Positions 14,291 through 27,186 of a stretch of 64,000 nt of DNA are shown piece after piece. Within the stretch, counting starts at the first letter, position 1. The number at the start of each line of letters is the position of its first letter. Origin of the DNA: Takakia lepidozioides (Eukaryota; Plantae; Bryophyta). The DNA is taken from NCBI GenBank assembly GCA_030704615.1, contig CM060733.1, positions 4,340,001-4,404,000 on the forward strand, written 5' to 3'. The position numbers and the translations under genes were made by a program. The notes beneath the pieces are model-generated. The model saw nothing but the letters and a program-made list of their open reading frames with translations, did no database searches and was not told the DNA's origin.

Positions 14291-15368
14291 CTCCTGTTCC
14301 AGCGCAAAAGATTTTCTCGTCACACCCAACAATCCATTCATATAAACGCGTGTGCAGTGCAAACATAGTCAGCGAAAAAACTTCAAATGCATTCCAGAAA
14401 TCACTCGATTAAATCACCGAGAGGCAGGGCATGTGTTGCTAAAACCACCAAAAGAGGCAACCAATGCACTCTTCCACTCCTACCCGCCTGCAACGAACAC
14501 ATGCATGATGCACCACCTCCAGTGAAAAATAAGTCAGACGTATAGCTGAGATTCCACTTTGAAGCTACAGAACCAGGTCGATACAACAGAATCCAAGCAT
14601 GAAGATTTAAGAATAAACTAGGTATTAAGACTCGAATACAAAGATGACACAAGCTTCAGCCTGGTTAAGAACGATGGGTTCTGTTCTCAAACACCTCAAA
14701 CCTCCTCCAGCTTACAATCCTTTACAGATCGGACAACACAAGCAGTGAGTCAGGATACAGAAACGAGGAGGATTGAACTGTCTCCCCATCACTCCCTCAC
14801 ACACCTCCATAACGGACGCAAATAGAGATTCCTCTACATCTCATCAGATTCTCCGAGCCAGAACTGCAAGTGGCCGGATTTCCGTCTACTGTCAGTTGGT
14901 AAATGACTGGTCCGGAATGACTTGGGAGCTCGAGTTAAAACAGGGGTTGAATGGGTGATGGCGAGTGGGAAGGTGCCACGTGGGCCATAGCGTCCCGTGT
15001 CGCGTGTGTCTGGTCGCGGTCTCATTGCGAGCAAGGCGCTGCCTGCCTGTCTGCGCTGCTCCGTGTTTTGTGAGCGTTTGATTTGTTGCATCGCTCCGTC
15101 TGTCAGATTCCAAAAGCTTCATTATCACTCTTGTTTCTCTCTGACTTCTGTCTCTTGGTCCTTAACTGCGGCATAAGGGAGTGCAAGTGGTTCAAGATTA
15201 TTGTCGGGCATTATAGCAGTCGTCGGAGAGTTGGTCTTCCTTTGCCTACTCCTTCCGCTTGTTCGGTTGCCGCCATTTCTTGATATTTCTATGAGTGTGG
15301 GGCAGGAGTTTGTGGCGTAGAGAGTAGGGGGGGAAGGCAGAGGCGCATTGTATGCACGCGGGGTAGCT

Positions 15369-18300
15369 ATGGACGACTATATGCGGGAGATGGCGGACCT
15401 CAAAACACTTGTCACTAAAACTTTGGAGAAGAAAGGCGTGCTTGCTCGAATTAGAGTGAGTCCTTCTCACTGTCATCGATGACATTCACAGACGCTTCAT
15501 ACTCACATTGTTCTCCCAATGCTGTGCTGTAGATGGTAAAAGGTTTGCCGGTAGAAGCTCTAACGTGTCCCTTTTCCTTTCGCTCCAGGGGCTTGGAGGG
15601 AGGGAGAGGGAGAGAGAGAGAGTGTGAGTGAGTGAGAGAGTTGGATGCACAGTCTTTGCTACTTCGGATGTTTGGTTTCAATGAACGTGTAAGGTTACTG
15701 TAAGGCATGGGGATTGCTTGAGCATGGAAATCCATAGGCTACTTACGACGGCTGCAAGCTCTTCTTTTCAGCAGTGTTTCTACGAGTCATCCGGAACATT
15801 TCTCGGTGACCAGTGCAATCATGGTGCCACAAGTTGAGAGTTCCTGTCGACTTGAAATGTGACCTATTGGGGAGTACTCCGCATTGGATTACACCTGTCA
15901 ATATCACAGACCACAGACACAATGCATTGCCTGCACCTTGTATTGACATCCCATGCTTTTGTTTCATAGGGCATTGCAGAGCGTGTCAGGGTCCTTTCTG
16001 ACACCTTTAGGAATGCTGGTAAGCATTGAAACTGCCAACCAGTCGTGAAATTTTGAGGGACTGAATTATGGAAAAAGTAAAGCTACTCCCAATATCTTTT
16101 GGCCCACATCCAGCTCACATTCTGCAGTGGCTCTGTTCACATGCATGTGATGATTATGATGGAATTGTATGATTTGGACACACTTTGATCGACATTGGCA
16201 TCCTCAGGGATGTGGTAGATTTGTCATGGAAAGTGTCCTTTTGTACGAAGGCAAGCCCATGCTATGCTAACCGGGCTTGTGATGTAAGATTTCTGCAGTA
16301 AGCTCATGTGCATTGTAATCTAACATCAATGCGCATACAAGTCCTTCGACCATTCAAGTAAGCATTCAAGTAGGAGAGAGGTCTGGAAAGTGACTGGACA
16401 ACCTCCTTTATCTACAGACATTGTGTAAGTTGCTCAAGTAGTTAATTTTGTGTTCTTTGCAGGCAGAGCTGAGGGCCAATGTGTTCCAAGCAATAGAGGA
16501 GCAGGATCGAGAAGCAGAGAATGATGGTGCTTCGGCCTTTGCCTTACTGGGCAAATGCAGTGAACGGGCCAAGCAACTGCATGCCACTCATGCAGGCACT
16601 TCCTTTATATCTCTGTTCGTGTGTAGTTATAGTGTAAATGTGTGCCTTGATTGGGCATGTCCCCACTACTCTCTGCTCCTTCCCTCTGTTATGCCCCTCT
16701 TTTTGAACCCCCTCCGCAATTTCCCCCCCTCTCACTGCGTGCAAGCATCCTCTGTGTAATATAACATGGAAATGCAATTTGACGTGCCTCAATACCAGTT
16801 CAACACACACGAAAAATTGACAAGTCTTAGTCCAACATGCAACTGGATGCCAGAGCTTGACAGAATCTCAACTTTGTGGACAGGCAAGCTGTTGATGGGG
16901 TTGGTGTGTGAGTACATGGAGTGGTGTGAGCTGGAGCACACTTTGAAAGTCTTCTTGCCTGAGCTCAATCAGGTCCCATGCCTGTTACCCTCATAGTTCT
17001 TTCCCTTGCTTTCATATGTCTAGGTATCTGCATGCCTAGAATTATGAGCTTTGGGCATAACAGATGGGTCTCCATGGAGACAGCAATTCAACATCATATT
17101 GGCGCCCCACGGGTATGACCTGCAGGTCCATTCAAGCCTGCCTCTTAGCTTTACAGTTTTCAGCAGGTGATGTAGGCGTTCACAGGTACCACAGTTGTTG
17201 AGTATTATTCCAATCCATGTCTGTTTTGAGTACAAAACAGTTCTTGAGTTTCTTTTACTTAGGTCTCGGTGATTTTAAATGCTCATTGGCACAATTGCGA
17301 AATTATTGGAGAGAATCAATTGAAATTAGCATGAAACATGTCTGCTGATATTGGGTGTGGTTTGTACTCTGTTGATGGTTGCACAGCCCCGGGGCTACCC
17401 AAGATCTGAGTTGGAGGAGATCTTGGGACTGAAGGGTGAGCCAAAGCCAGAGGAAGCTGACTCACGCCCGCTTTTGTTGTCCATCATGGAATCATACATT
17501 AAGGCTGAGGTAAGCATGCCCAGAAAGAACAAGGAGTAGGTTATTGATCTTTTTTTGTTCCTTCTGCAAGAGAAAGAAAAAAGAAAGGACGGAACTTTAT
17601 ATAGCAGAAAGAGAGAGGGGTTGGGAACAACTTTGACTCTTACGATTGCACAGTTTCATGTAGCTGTCTTTAGGAAATAATTCAGTATGATTGTGGCTCA
17701 TGTACACAGTATTCTATGTCATGTTTCCATGTAGCTGTCTTCATTCAGACAGACTCGTATGTCTATTTTTGGCACACATACAACATGGAGCTCTTCTGTC
17801 TTCCCTAGGCTCTGTGCGAGACACTGTCCCGCAGGAAAAGATTGTAATATTGTACAGCCTACTGCATAGGCTCACCATAGCTCATGTTCGGATTTTCACA
17901 GAAGCCTGTGGTGGCAAAAGCAGCCCAAGCTGCGAGACCAACTGTCTTGATCAAACCCTCAAGACTTGGAGTCACAGGGTCAACAAGGCCTCTTTCTAGT
18001 AGTCCTCCTGCCAGCAGCTCTGTTGACCATTCTGACGAAGAGTTTCGCAGAGAAGCACGAGTGCTAATGTCCAAGTAAGCCTTTTTGTTTTTCTTCTGCG
18101 CGTCATTTTGGGGGGACGTGGGGGAGGGTGGGGAGCAACTGATCTCGGCTGTTCTTGATAATCAGTTCATTAGTACCATGGAGCAGCATGGATACTTTTA
18201 CTTAACTGTGCGTATGAAGACAATGAGGTCTACAAAAACAAACTGAACAATCCATGGAGAAGAAAGCATACATAATCACAGCCTAGGAATTAAGCACCCA

Positions 18301-21300
18301 TGTAGGGCAGCCTGCATATTCAAGAGGTATCAAGTTGTTCAGTTGCCACCTTAGGTTTTCTCTCTACAGTGAGAGAGGAAAAGATGGAATTCTAAGCAGG
18401 ACAAATATGAGATGTATTGTTTGTCAGGCCAAGATGCCTTGTTTACTCTCCTCCCTCCGTTCCATTATAATGGACAGAGCATGCTGCTAGAGACTCCTTC
18501 TGCCACACAACATCTAAGAAACACGATTGATTTTGACATCTGCAAATGCCAATCATGACTTTTTCCAAGGAGATCAAGCAAGGCTTATGCAACTTTTCCT
18601 TGAAGAACAACTCCCACACACTGTGTGCGTCACACGCCTAAGCACCTATCCCTTCTGTTTGAAGTTTCTGATTCCCCGGTCTTTGTTAAACAATAAAGAT
18701 AATAACCAACTCAAATAATTAGGCCTTAAGGATCAAGGTCTCTGCAAGCAACCTTAAAAACAAAGATGTTTGTGGGATATTGTACACAATAGGAACCTGG
18801 GACCTATGAAGTCAAGATGTGCCTCATGGATCAATCTCCTGTTGCTTTAAATTCCTGTATGTATGCTATGGGTACATTGTTTTGGGGCTTTATAGCTGTC
18901 TGCCTGTATTGAATAGGTCAGCAGTTGGTTTTAAACAAGTACCAAGGTAGGTTATTGATAACATTTGCTGATAAGAGATTGCATGGTTATAAGACTTTTC
19001 TGTGGATGAGGTAAGACAGGAAGAATCGGGTCAATAATGAGAGAGCCAGTGCTCATTGTAGCTCAGTAGTTTTGTGTTGATTGGCCTGTAATGTATATGT
19101 GGCTGGAGTCTTCAGACCAGCCCAGGTAAGCCATGCTTGCACTCTGAGCTAAAACTGCAATAAGCTTTCAAGTTTCAAGCTGTGCTTATGTTTTATGGCT
19201 GTAGATTGACAGCTGGGTTGTTTTATACAGTAATAAGTTGCCGGAAAAACCTGTGGGAGCTGGTATTGACACGTCCTTGCAGAGCCGCCCTGATTCAGCA
19301 CCGGTGTGTACCACTTATCTGAGGACTCCCTCCTCCTGTTTCTCTCGGTCTGTCTATCTCTGCTTGTCTCTCTCTGGCCTATTTGCAGAACTGTATAACT
19401 GGCAGTGCAGCCACTGATGCGCCACATCTGTTTGAGGGTGAAAGAGCAGCAGTTCTGATATCAGTGCCATGCTTTCTAGTACAATCTCAATGCCAGCCCT
19501 CTCTTTTTCCTGAGACTGGATTGTGGGTGATTTTCACTGCAATTGTGTTGTATTTAAACTCCACAAATGGTCCAGGAGGGTTACATCCTCAGGTGCTGTC
19601 AAGGGTATGGTAAATCAGGGACTGGTCTATATGCCTCTGTGTATGTGAATGTCTGTGCTCAAACACACATCTGCTTCGCTAAGGGGTTGCTGGGTATCAG
19701 GACAAGCCATCGGCAAACTTGTCAGCACCAAGCGCAAGGGCAAGTAGCCGTGCATTGGGTGCTTCAGGAGATGCAGTTTCAAATTCAAGGCTGCCAGATG
19801 AGTCCTCAAAGGAGAAGTCTGTGACACGGGTACAGTCAGTTGTAGCAGATATGCCACAACACAGAAGGAGCACAGGGCAAGTGCTATCACCCCTTTTTCC
19901 AGTCTAGATGTTAGAATGGGGCATTGGTCTACTGTAGGTTTAATGGTCAAGTTATGCAACTGACACTTAGCATTGGCAAAGTGAGAAGGTATGGTAAGGT
20001 GGTCGGACTTTGCAAACTAACTTTTCTCAACTTGTTTGTAAGAAGTTTGCTTGTCTTCAGTCTGTTTGCATTTGATTCTTTCATTCAGCACAGCGCTCAA
20101 TGTTGCAATGACACCAAGGGAAGGGGTAGATCACCTTTCAAGAGACATTTGGCCCATCTTAAGATGACCTTTTAGTTACATGTCAGTCCTTTGTTTCAAA
20201 GAAGAGAATCCTGAAATCCTTGCTTTACAGGTTTGTCAGATTTGTTCATCTGTGGAGAGGGGTGGAGGCTTGTCTTGAGGGATTCTTGGAATTTAGAGTG
20301 AAAGGGGTGGGCATTTGATGTTTATTGTCTGCATGTGCAGGAGGAAATTGTGTTGACTGCCAGGTATTGAAACATAGACAAATACGGAGAACAAGGGAGT
20401 CTAGGCAGTTTGTTTGTACCGGAAGGACCATTTACCTGTTTCTCATGTGGCAGGCTCCCAGCATTTGGCGGTTTGTCTCGCACAGGTGGCTCTTCTGTAG
20501 GAAGCAGCATTGGGTCAGCCAATGATGTGCACAGTGGCTTGAACTCACCTGTGTCTGGTAAGTTGTATACTCCCCCTGTTTGAACTGTACATAAGGTACT
20601 GGCAGTGTATCTACTGCTCATTTGCTGATAATCCTTCATTCCCCTTCGTTGCAATAGGTGGAGCTGCATTGGAAACTGGTAGCCCTTACACCAGAGGTCC
20701 CAGGGACAATAATGGCAGTAGCATGAGCTCAAGAAGGAAAGAATACTCCTGGAGAGAGGAAGATGAACTCCATGGTGCGAGCTTCCTCAACAAGAAGAAA
20801 GAGAACTCATGGGTAGATGAGGAGTTGGATGACCCATACTTGAATGCATCACGGGTCTCGCAGACCAACTCAGAAAAAGGAGGGCATGTGAGGGTTAACC
20901 AACCTGCCAACCTTCACACCAGGTATCTTGAACTAAAACCAACACGTAAACTACCTAGTCATGCCCCTACCAGTGATTACTCCCCATGGCTAGTTGCTAG
21001 TGCTCAGGTGTTTCTAGAATCTATAAGGACAGGATGTTCACACGAAATGTCAGTTTGGTACAGTTCGCACTGCTGCCTTCTGCGGTCGAATGGCAATGTT
21101 GCCTTCCAAAAAAGGTCAGTATCTTTTGGGCCGCAGGCTATGGGCCAAAATGGTCCACCTCTAGAAGTAGAATCCAACTTAAATCAGAAGTTAGTAATTT
21201 CTTTCTCTATGGACAGATGGTGAAGATAATATCAGGTAGACTTGACCACCCAAACATGCAGGGTAATAATGGTCTCAAGTAGAGGGCGAGTTACAACCGG

Positions 21301-23520
21301 GCCTTTTGAACTACCCATGTGAGGGATGCTCCCCTCCCAGAAATACATGGAGACTAGGACATTGTTTGAACTATTTTGCCTTTTGCTGTACACTGCCAGT
21401 TTGTGTGAACAAGCTCTAGTCTGGCTTGCAGTAGCGATGGATATTAGTTGGGTACAGTTCTGATGTTGAACCCTTTGTGGTGTTGTAGTTGTGTTAGAGG
21501 AGAAGTATGCTGGGTGAAGTGAGAGAAAACTAAGCTAGTTGTCAGTGCATGTGCTTTACTTTCCATCCTTTTGTGATGTGGTATCTGTGCTTGGCAGTCA
21601 GTCCAGACGGGGTTCATCGATGGACGAGGTCCTTGGCAACCTTCATTTAGGTACACTAAAAACTTGGATCACAGTAGGGGTGATTGCTTTTCCTTGGACG
21701 AGTTTACCCATCTACTCACAGTCATGGTCGAAGTATGTGCATCTGAAAAGGATTGTACTTGTTGGACAAGTTTTGAGCCACAGGTTGGGTTGTATACTTC
21801 ATAGTGCACTTGGAGAATTATGAATTATTATTGCTACTTTGTGTAACGACACCACAGTCATCAACTATTTGCTAGATGGTGTGACATGCTTTGATCATCA
21901 ATCTTGGGTCCCGGATAGTTCACTCCTCTATCGATTAAGATGTGACCCAAAACCATATAATCTGTCTCTTATGCACTGAGGTTCGTGCATTATTGATGTC
22001 TCATGAAGTTCTCACAGCTCTTCAATGAGACCCAGGAGTCCTGCAGGGCGAATCTGTTGGCTGCAAGTCATAAAGGGCTGGGTATTTGATTTATTTTGAG
22101 TGGACTAATGCTTCCTACAGTGGCCAGAGCCTTTCACATCTGGGGTTCTTCCTCTCATTGGTTTGTTTTGATTGGCAGAGGATGATAATGTATCTGACCC
22201 AGGTAGCCACCACAGTGTTATATCAAGGGGAACTGTTGGAGGACAGAACTGGCAGCCTCCAGCAGCCCTAACTGAGCCAAGCCTGTCAACTGCCCCTTCA
22301 ACACATCGGTACATTTGCTTCTTGCTCCCCTAGTAACTGTACTTAGGGTTGGTTCCCTAATGTGTTTGGGCTTGTAACCATCAATTTGTTAGTCGAGCAC
22401 CTTATCCTTCAATGCGGTGGTTAACTTTTGCATGAAAGTGATGCACTTAGGCTAATCTGTCCTAAGCTTCTAATTAGAACCACAGAACTTCACGAGTCCT
22501 CGTGCAACCGGTTGGGGAAATGACGTCGCTGTTCTTTCTCAGTTTATTGTATTATACTTTACAGATTATAATATACTCACAAGACGTTGTTTGCTGCAGC
22601 CTTGTGGCCATAGACCCCGTGCCCAGTTTAGGCGGAACAACATTACAGATTAGAGAGATAGAGAAAGAGAAACCTTCAAAGCGGACCAAGGGCCCAGTAG
22701 ACCACTGAGAAATCACCTCAAGAACATCAAACAATGCCCTAAGAGAAAGAAGAGTAGTGTGATCCCCTGCTAAGTATGTGTGACACAAAGAATATTCCTC
22801 CTAGTTGATGATCAGTCCCACTTGTAAGACTGCACGAGTAAAGGATGGTACTTTTTGTTGGCTGTTGTTTGGGCAGGAAAAAAAGTTCATCAGCTTACTT
22901 TTACAGTGATAGTGAGGATGACAACTCCCTTGAGTACGTCCTTCTATGCCTGCTTATTTGCTCATCATAGGCACAGGCTCAATTTGATTGGTATTCACAC
23001 AGTTAACAACAGTGATGTGGATAAACCATTGCTTGATGCAACATGCCAAACTGATTGTAGTTTGGGGGGATAGATGAGGATTTTATCTGTGATTCTTTGG
23101 GCACATGCTATGGGCTGGGGAAATCAGTGATCCTTTCCCTGCATCTGATGGTGATGTTGTTGAGGAATCAATTGAAGTGCCATCCAAATGCAGTGTTGTA
23201 TTGTTGTTGCTCTTTCAGAGTTGCAGATGACATGCGGTTTGAGTTTTGATATGTGATCTTTGAGGCCAAAATACCTGCAGGGTCTAGTAATAGGAGCTAA
23301 AATGAAGTAGCTATTCACCTGGCCCACCGAGTAGTGCTCAAGCTATGAAGTACTTTTTTCCTTGCTAGGCTCAATTGACATGACATCCAAGAGTTGGTTT
23401 GTTATTGAGATGGGAAGTAGCCTAAGCATAGGCTCAATCAGCAGGGGTGTAGAAGAGGATTTGGTGGAAGACTACGACAAAGTGGAAAGACGCAACCCTC
23501 ACTATTCAGCTGTAAAGGTT
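15369..23520 (+). CDS. TON1: TONNEAU1/FOP(CEP43)-like LisH-domain microtubule-organising protein with long low-complexity C-terminal part
   Basis: Exons 15369-15455 (MDDYMREMADLKTLVTKTLEKKGVLARIR), 16463-16595 (AELRANVFQAIEEQDR), 16884-16972 (KLLMGLVCEYMEWCELEHTLKVFLPE), 17387-17509 and 17902-18074. Further Ser-rich exons lie near 19700, 20454, 20658 (SSMSSRRKEYSWR), 21597, 22179, 22908 and 23432. The 3' exon set and stop are uncertain. Confidence 0.85.
22571..22642 (-). mobile_element. ~70-bp 3'-end copy of the LINE family in a TON1 intron
   Basis: Matches the LINE 3' terminus (GGGGTCTATGGCCACAAGGCTGCAGCAAACAACGTCTTGTGAGTATAT). TTACAGATTA is duplicated at 22559-22568 and 22643-22652, and a GA-rich tract follows on +. 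Confidence 0.85.
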
Positions 23521-26500
23521 TTATCTCTCGCTCTCTCTCCCTTTCCCTTCGAGATTGATCCCTAGGACCTGACGTGGCTGCTAGAAAATGTCCATTCCTG
23601 CAAGTACCGCACGGGAACTGCCCATCTGGCTATCCCTGTGTGGTGATGTGCCTTCCTATCATCTCAGCACCTACTATTTTTCAATTTCATGCGTGGCTAC
23701 GAACAAGGGCTGACAGCTTGTTGTGAAAAAATGCAGTAATCTGGACGGCAGGCATCTGGGAGCTCAGGATCTCAGGTGGAGCCACACGTTCTGGCCACAT
23801 GACATTGGATTTTGGCCTGTAACCAATGTTTGCTGGAAGGTGCAACCCTCTTCTGGACAATTATTTGCCATGGGTTGAGACAAACACGGGTTGTTTCCTG
23901 ATCCCAGGGCCAGGCTGTGACCCGATTGGTTTGAAGTGGGGTGACCATGGAAGGTGAAGTGGAGATGCCGGGTCTTCAGGTTTGGTAGTTCTTTGCTTTG
24001 TGTACCAACCACAACAGATTGGCTCCAGAACAGAGGCACTTGCACCATCACCCAGACAGAACACCGGTAAGTGAAGCTTACATGGTGGGTACCTTGTGGT
24101 AAGGAGTTTAGTACTGTAACACAAACATGGAATAGCTGCCAGCTTAGCACTTCCCCAAGTATTATTCCTAATGCTTGGAGTACAAGCTTGAAAAAAATGA
24201 CATCGGCATAAGAAACAAGAAATGAACTGTTCTTGACAACTGGAATTTACGGCTAATGTGATCAACATCATATGGATGAACATTCTTGAATACCTGTGTA
24301 TGGAGTAATCTCTTACTCCAAACTCACACCAACAGTGTTATTTATGGTGACTTGTCATCAACAAATGTTGTCTGGGATAATGCTCATGACGCATTCCCTG
24401 CATCATGAAATCCTGTTTCCTGTATCTCACTGTATTGCATGCCTGAAAAGGAATGGAGTTTGGTGCTTCAAGAAAAACCCACCATCTTCGAACGCGAAAC
24501 TTGTGTGATTGGAGTCCCTCATGTCCAATCTCTTTTTTACCAAGTAATTGCAATCCCGATGCACCAAGATGGATCCAATGCTCCATTCAACAGTGCACAT
24601 GGAAGATTGCATGAAACTTCAAATGCAGCTCCCCATTCTGGCCTTGCCTGGTAAAATTGTGATCATACTACACTGGGGAAGGAACTAACATACCCCATGT
24701 GTTTGTGTCATCATCACTCCTGCCTCACACTTGTACCCTACACTCACTGTAACGCCTAATCATGTTTACGCTCCCACAACACCTCGTATGGTATTCCTCG
24801 TGTATTTCAGATCACATCGCCACGATACGTACACTCATAGCCTCATGGGCGTGGGGGTGGGGCATGGCAGCATGCGGCAAAACTCATGTCACAAGTGCCC
24901 AACCTGCCCGCTGACCCGTACCATCGTACTCTATCACTAACCCACACCCTAATCTACTCACTAATCAGATGCCACGACTCACTAACTGAACTTGGTCACC
25001 AGTGCTTTGAACACTAAACCGTGCACTAAGTTACTAACATGCGAGGTAGTTAATGCGGGCAAAGTTTGTGTGCCCAGAAAAGGGACCCGACTAACAATCA
25101 TCACCCCACTAACTAGGCACTAATATCAATGAGTCAAACCTGTATGTACACGTCATTACTCACCGTTACATTCAAACACGACTAGTTACGTACAGACATA
25201 CATACTCCATGGGATTGTGTACTGATGAGTTGCTAGTAATGATGATTGAGTCGCTCGTGAGTCGTGGGTCCTCACGATTTAACAAGAGTGTTTTTCCATT
25301 TTTTTTTGTTCTCGGTTTTGTTTTCTTTAACGAAAAGCGCCCTCTTTACTAAAAAGCCAAGTGAGCTGGCAAAATTGGAAAATGATGGGTTTTTGTGATG
25401 CCTATACTTGCGTGTCATTGGTTGTACGAGAATAGAGTTACTGCAAATAAGTGGATACTAAGATAAAGTAGTCGCAGCCCATTGTCTAAAAACAAGTTAT
25501 AGATATGTATGGGTGTCAGATTAGTATTGAAAGCAGTTGCTAGCAAGAAGCAAAGATATGAGTGGGTGGAGAGTGGTAATGGCGTGACGGCGTATTATTA
25601 TGTGCACAAGATATGGACAAATGCAAGAGGGCATTAAAGAGGTTGTTGCCCCTCTACATTTTCCCAAGGACCCACCCTTCGGTCAACTCTGAATATACGC
25701 CTGGAGGGGTAAATTTTTCAGCTGACAACTACAAAGGCTTAACACTTTAACAGATAAGCATTTATGTTGGTCAAACTTATCTACAGTATGTATGTCGGAG
25801 GGGAAGGTAGAACTAACACTTACAAAACGTTGCTTTTGTATTTCTAATCAGATCTAGGCTACTATCTGGAGTTGCAACAAGAATTGGACATGAGAAGACC
25901 TCATTGATGTGGAGATCGCATAGGCAAATTAGTTCACTGTAACCAGTGTTGTACTTTGAAAGAAGGTAAAACTGTGGTAACTATAGAGGCAGTTTTACAT
26001 TTAACCCTTAAAGGAGGAGCACCATTTTGGTGGGGCCACTGAGAAATACCCTCCCTTGACAACGGATTAGGCATTTTTGCGCGTAAATCCAAAATCAATC
26101 AATCAGAAAATTAGGCATGTTTTGAAAACAGGTTCTCAAATTAGGCATGCTACAATTTTTTAGAATTGGGCACATGAGAAGAGAAAACATCTATTTTCTT
26201 AAGAATAAAATTATAAAATAGACACCCAATGCCCATGGGCCCTTCCAGGCTCCAGCACCTTTCATTTCATTTGAAACCTTAAAAATGCGCTGGTACAGGC
26301 AAGCTCTCCCTTCACTCTTACACTTTAGGTGAGTTCAATATTGATACTCCACACTAGCGTAGGCACGTTGGTACAAGGCATTGCATGCTAAGTCCAGGGT
26401 TTTTTTTTTCATTTTGGCTTAGAAGCGCAGATTGCTACAAAATTTGAAGGCTGGCTGGCAAAGGTGGCAATGACATAGATGCTAAGCTAAAACTCAACCG

Positions 26501-26899
26501 GCTACAGGCTATTTCATTTGCATGCAATATGACGATTTGAGCCCACTCACAATCTGAAATCTAAAATAATGGCCAGCCAAAACCATAGCCTCAATTTCAA
26601 ATAGCAAGGGTCCAGGTCGTGTTCCATGGAGAGATCTCCACCGTTGATCGTGCAATGGGGCGACAGCCGCTAGATGTAGGGCTGTGGGGAGCGTGTATTT
26701 CTGGCGCAACATGCATGTTCCCCTGGAGCTTTCTGGCACCAGCCCGTGCGCGCCCCTATTTTCAGGCGCATTTTTTATTTTTTTTCCCAGGATTTTACAT
26801 AGGGCTGTCGCAGCCCTTTGTTTTTTATCGCTTTTAGGCTCCATTTCGCCTAGAACAGAAGCTTAGCGCTGCACATACGCTACCCGACCACCCCTCTGT

Positions 26900-27186
26900 C
26901 CATGTTACATCCTTGTCCATCCGAACAAAATGTTGAAGTATCCCAAAAATCCGACCGCCCGGTGTGCCATGTTCGGTAACTTCTCCATTGGAACAAAATG
27001 TTAGAGTATCCCAAAAAAAAATCCGACCACCTTGTGTGTGCCATGTTACGTGCTTGTCCATTTGAATGAAGTGTTAAAGTAACCCAAAAATCCGAGTGCC
27101 CGGTGTGCCATGTTACATAACTTCTCCATTGGAACAAAATGTTAAAGTATCCCCAAAATCCTAGTACCCCGCGCTCTGTGTGCCAT
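26900..27186. repeat. Minisatellite, four units of ~67-77 bp
   Basis: Units start CCATGTT and contain AAATGTT.AAGTA.CCCAAAAATCC...GTGTG. Confidence 0.85.
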
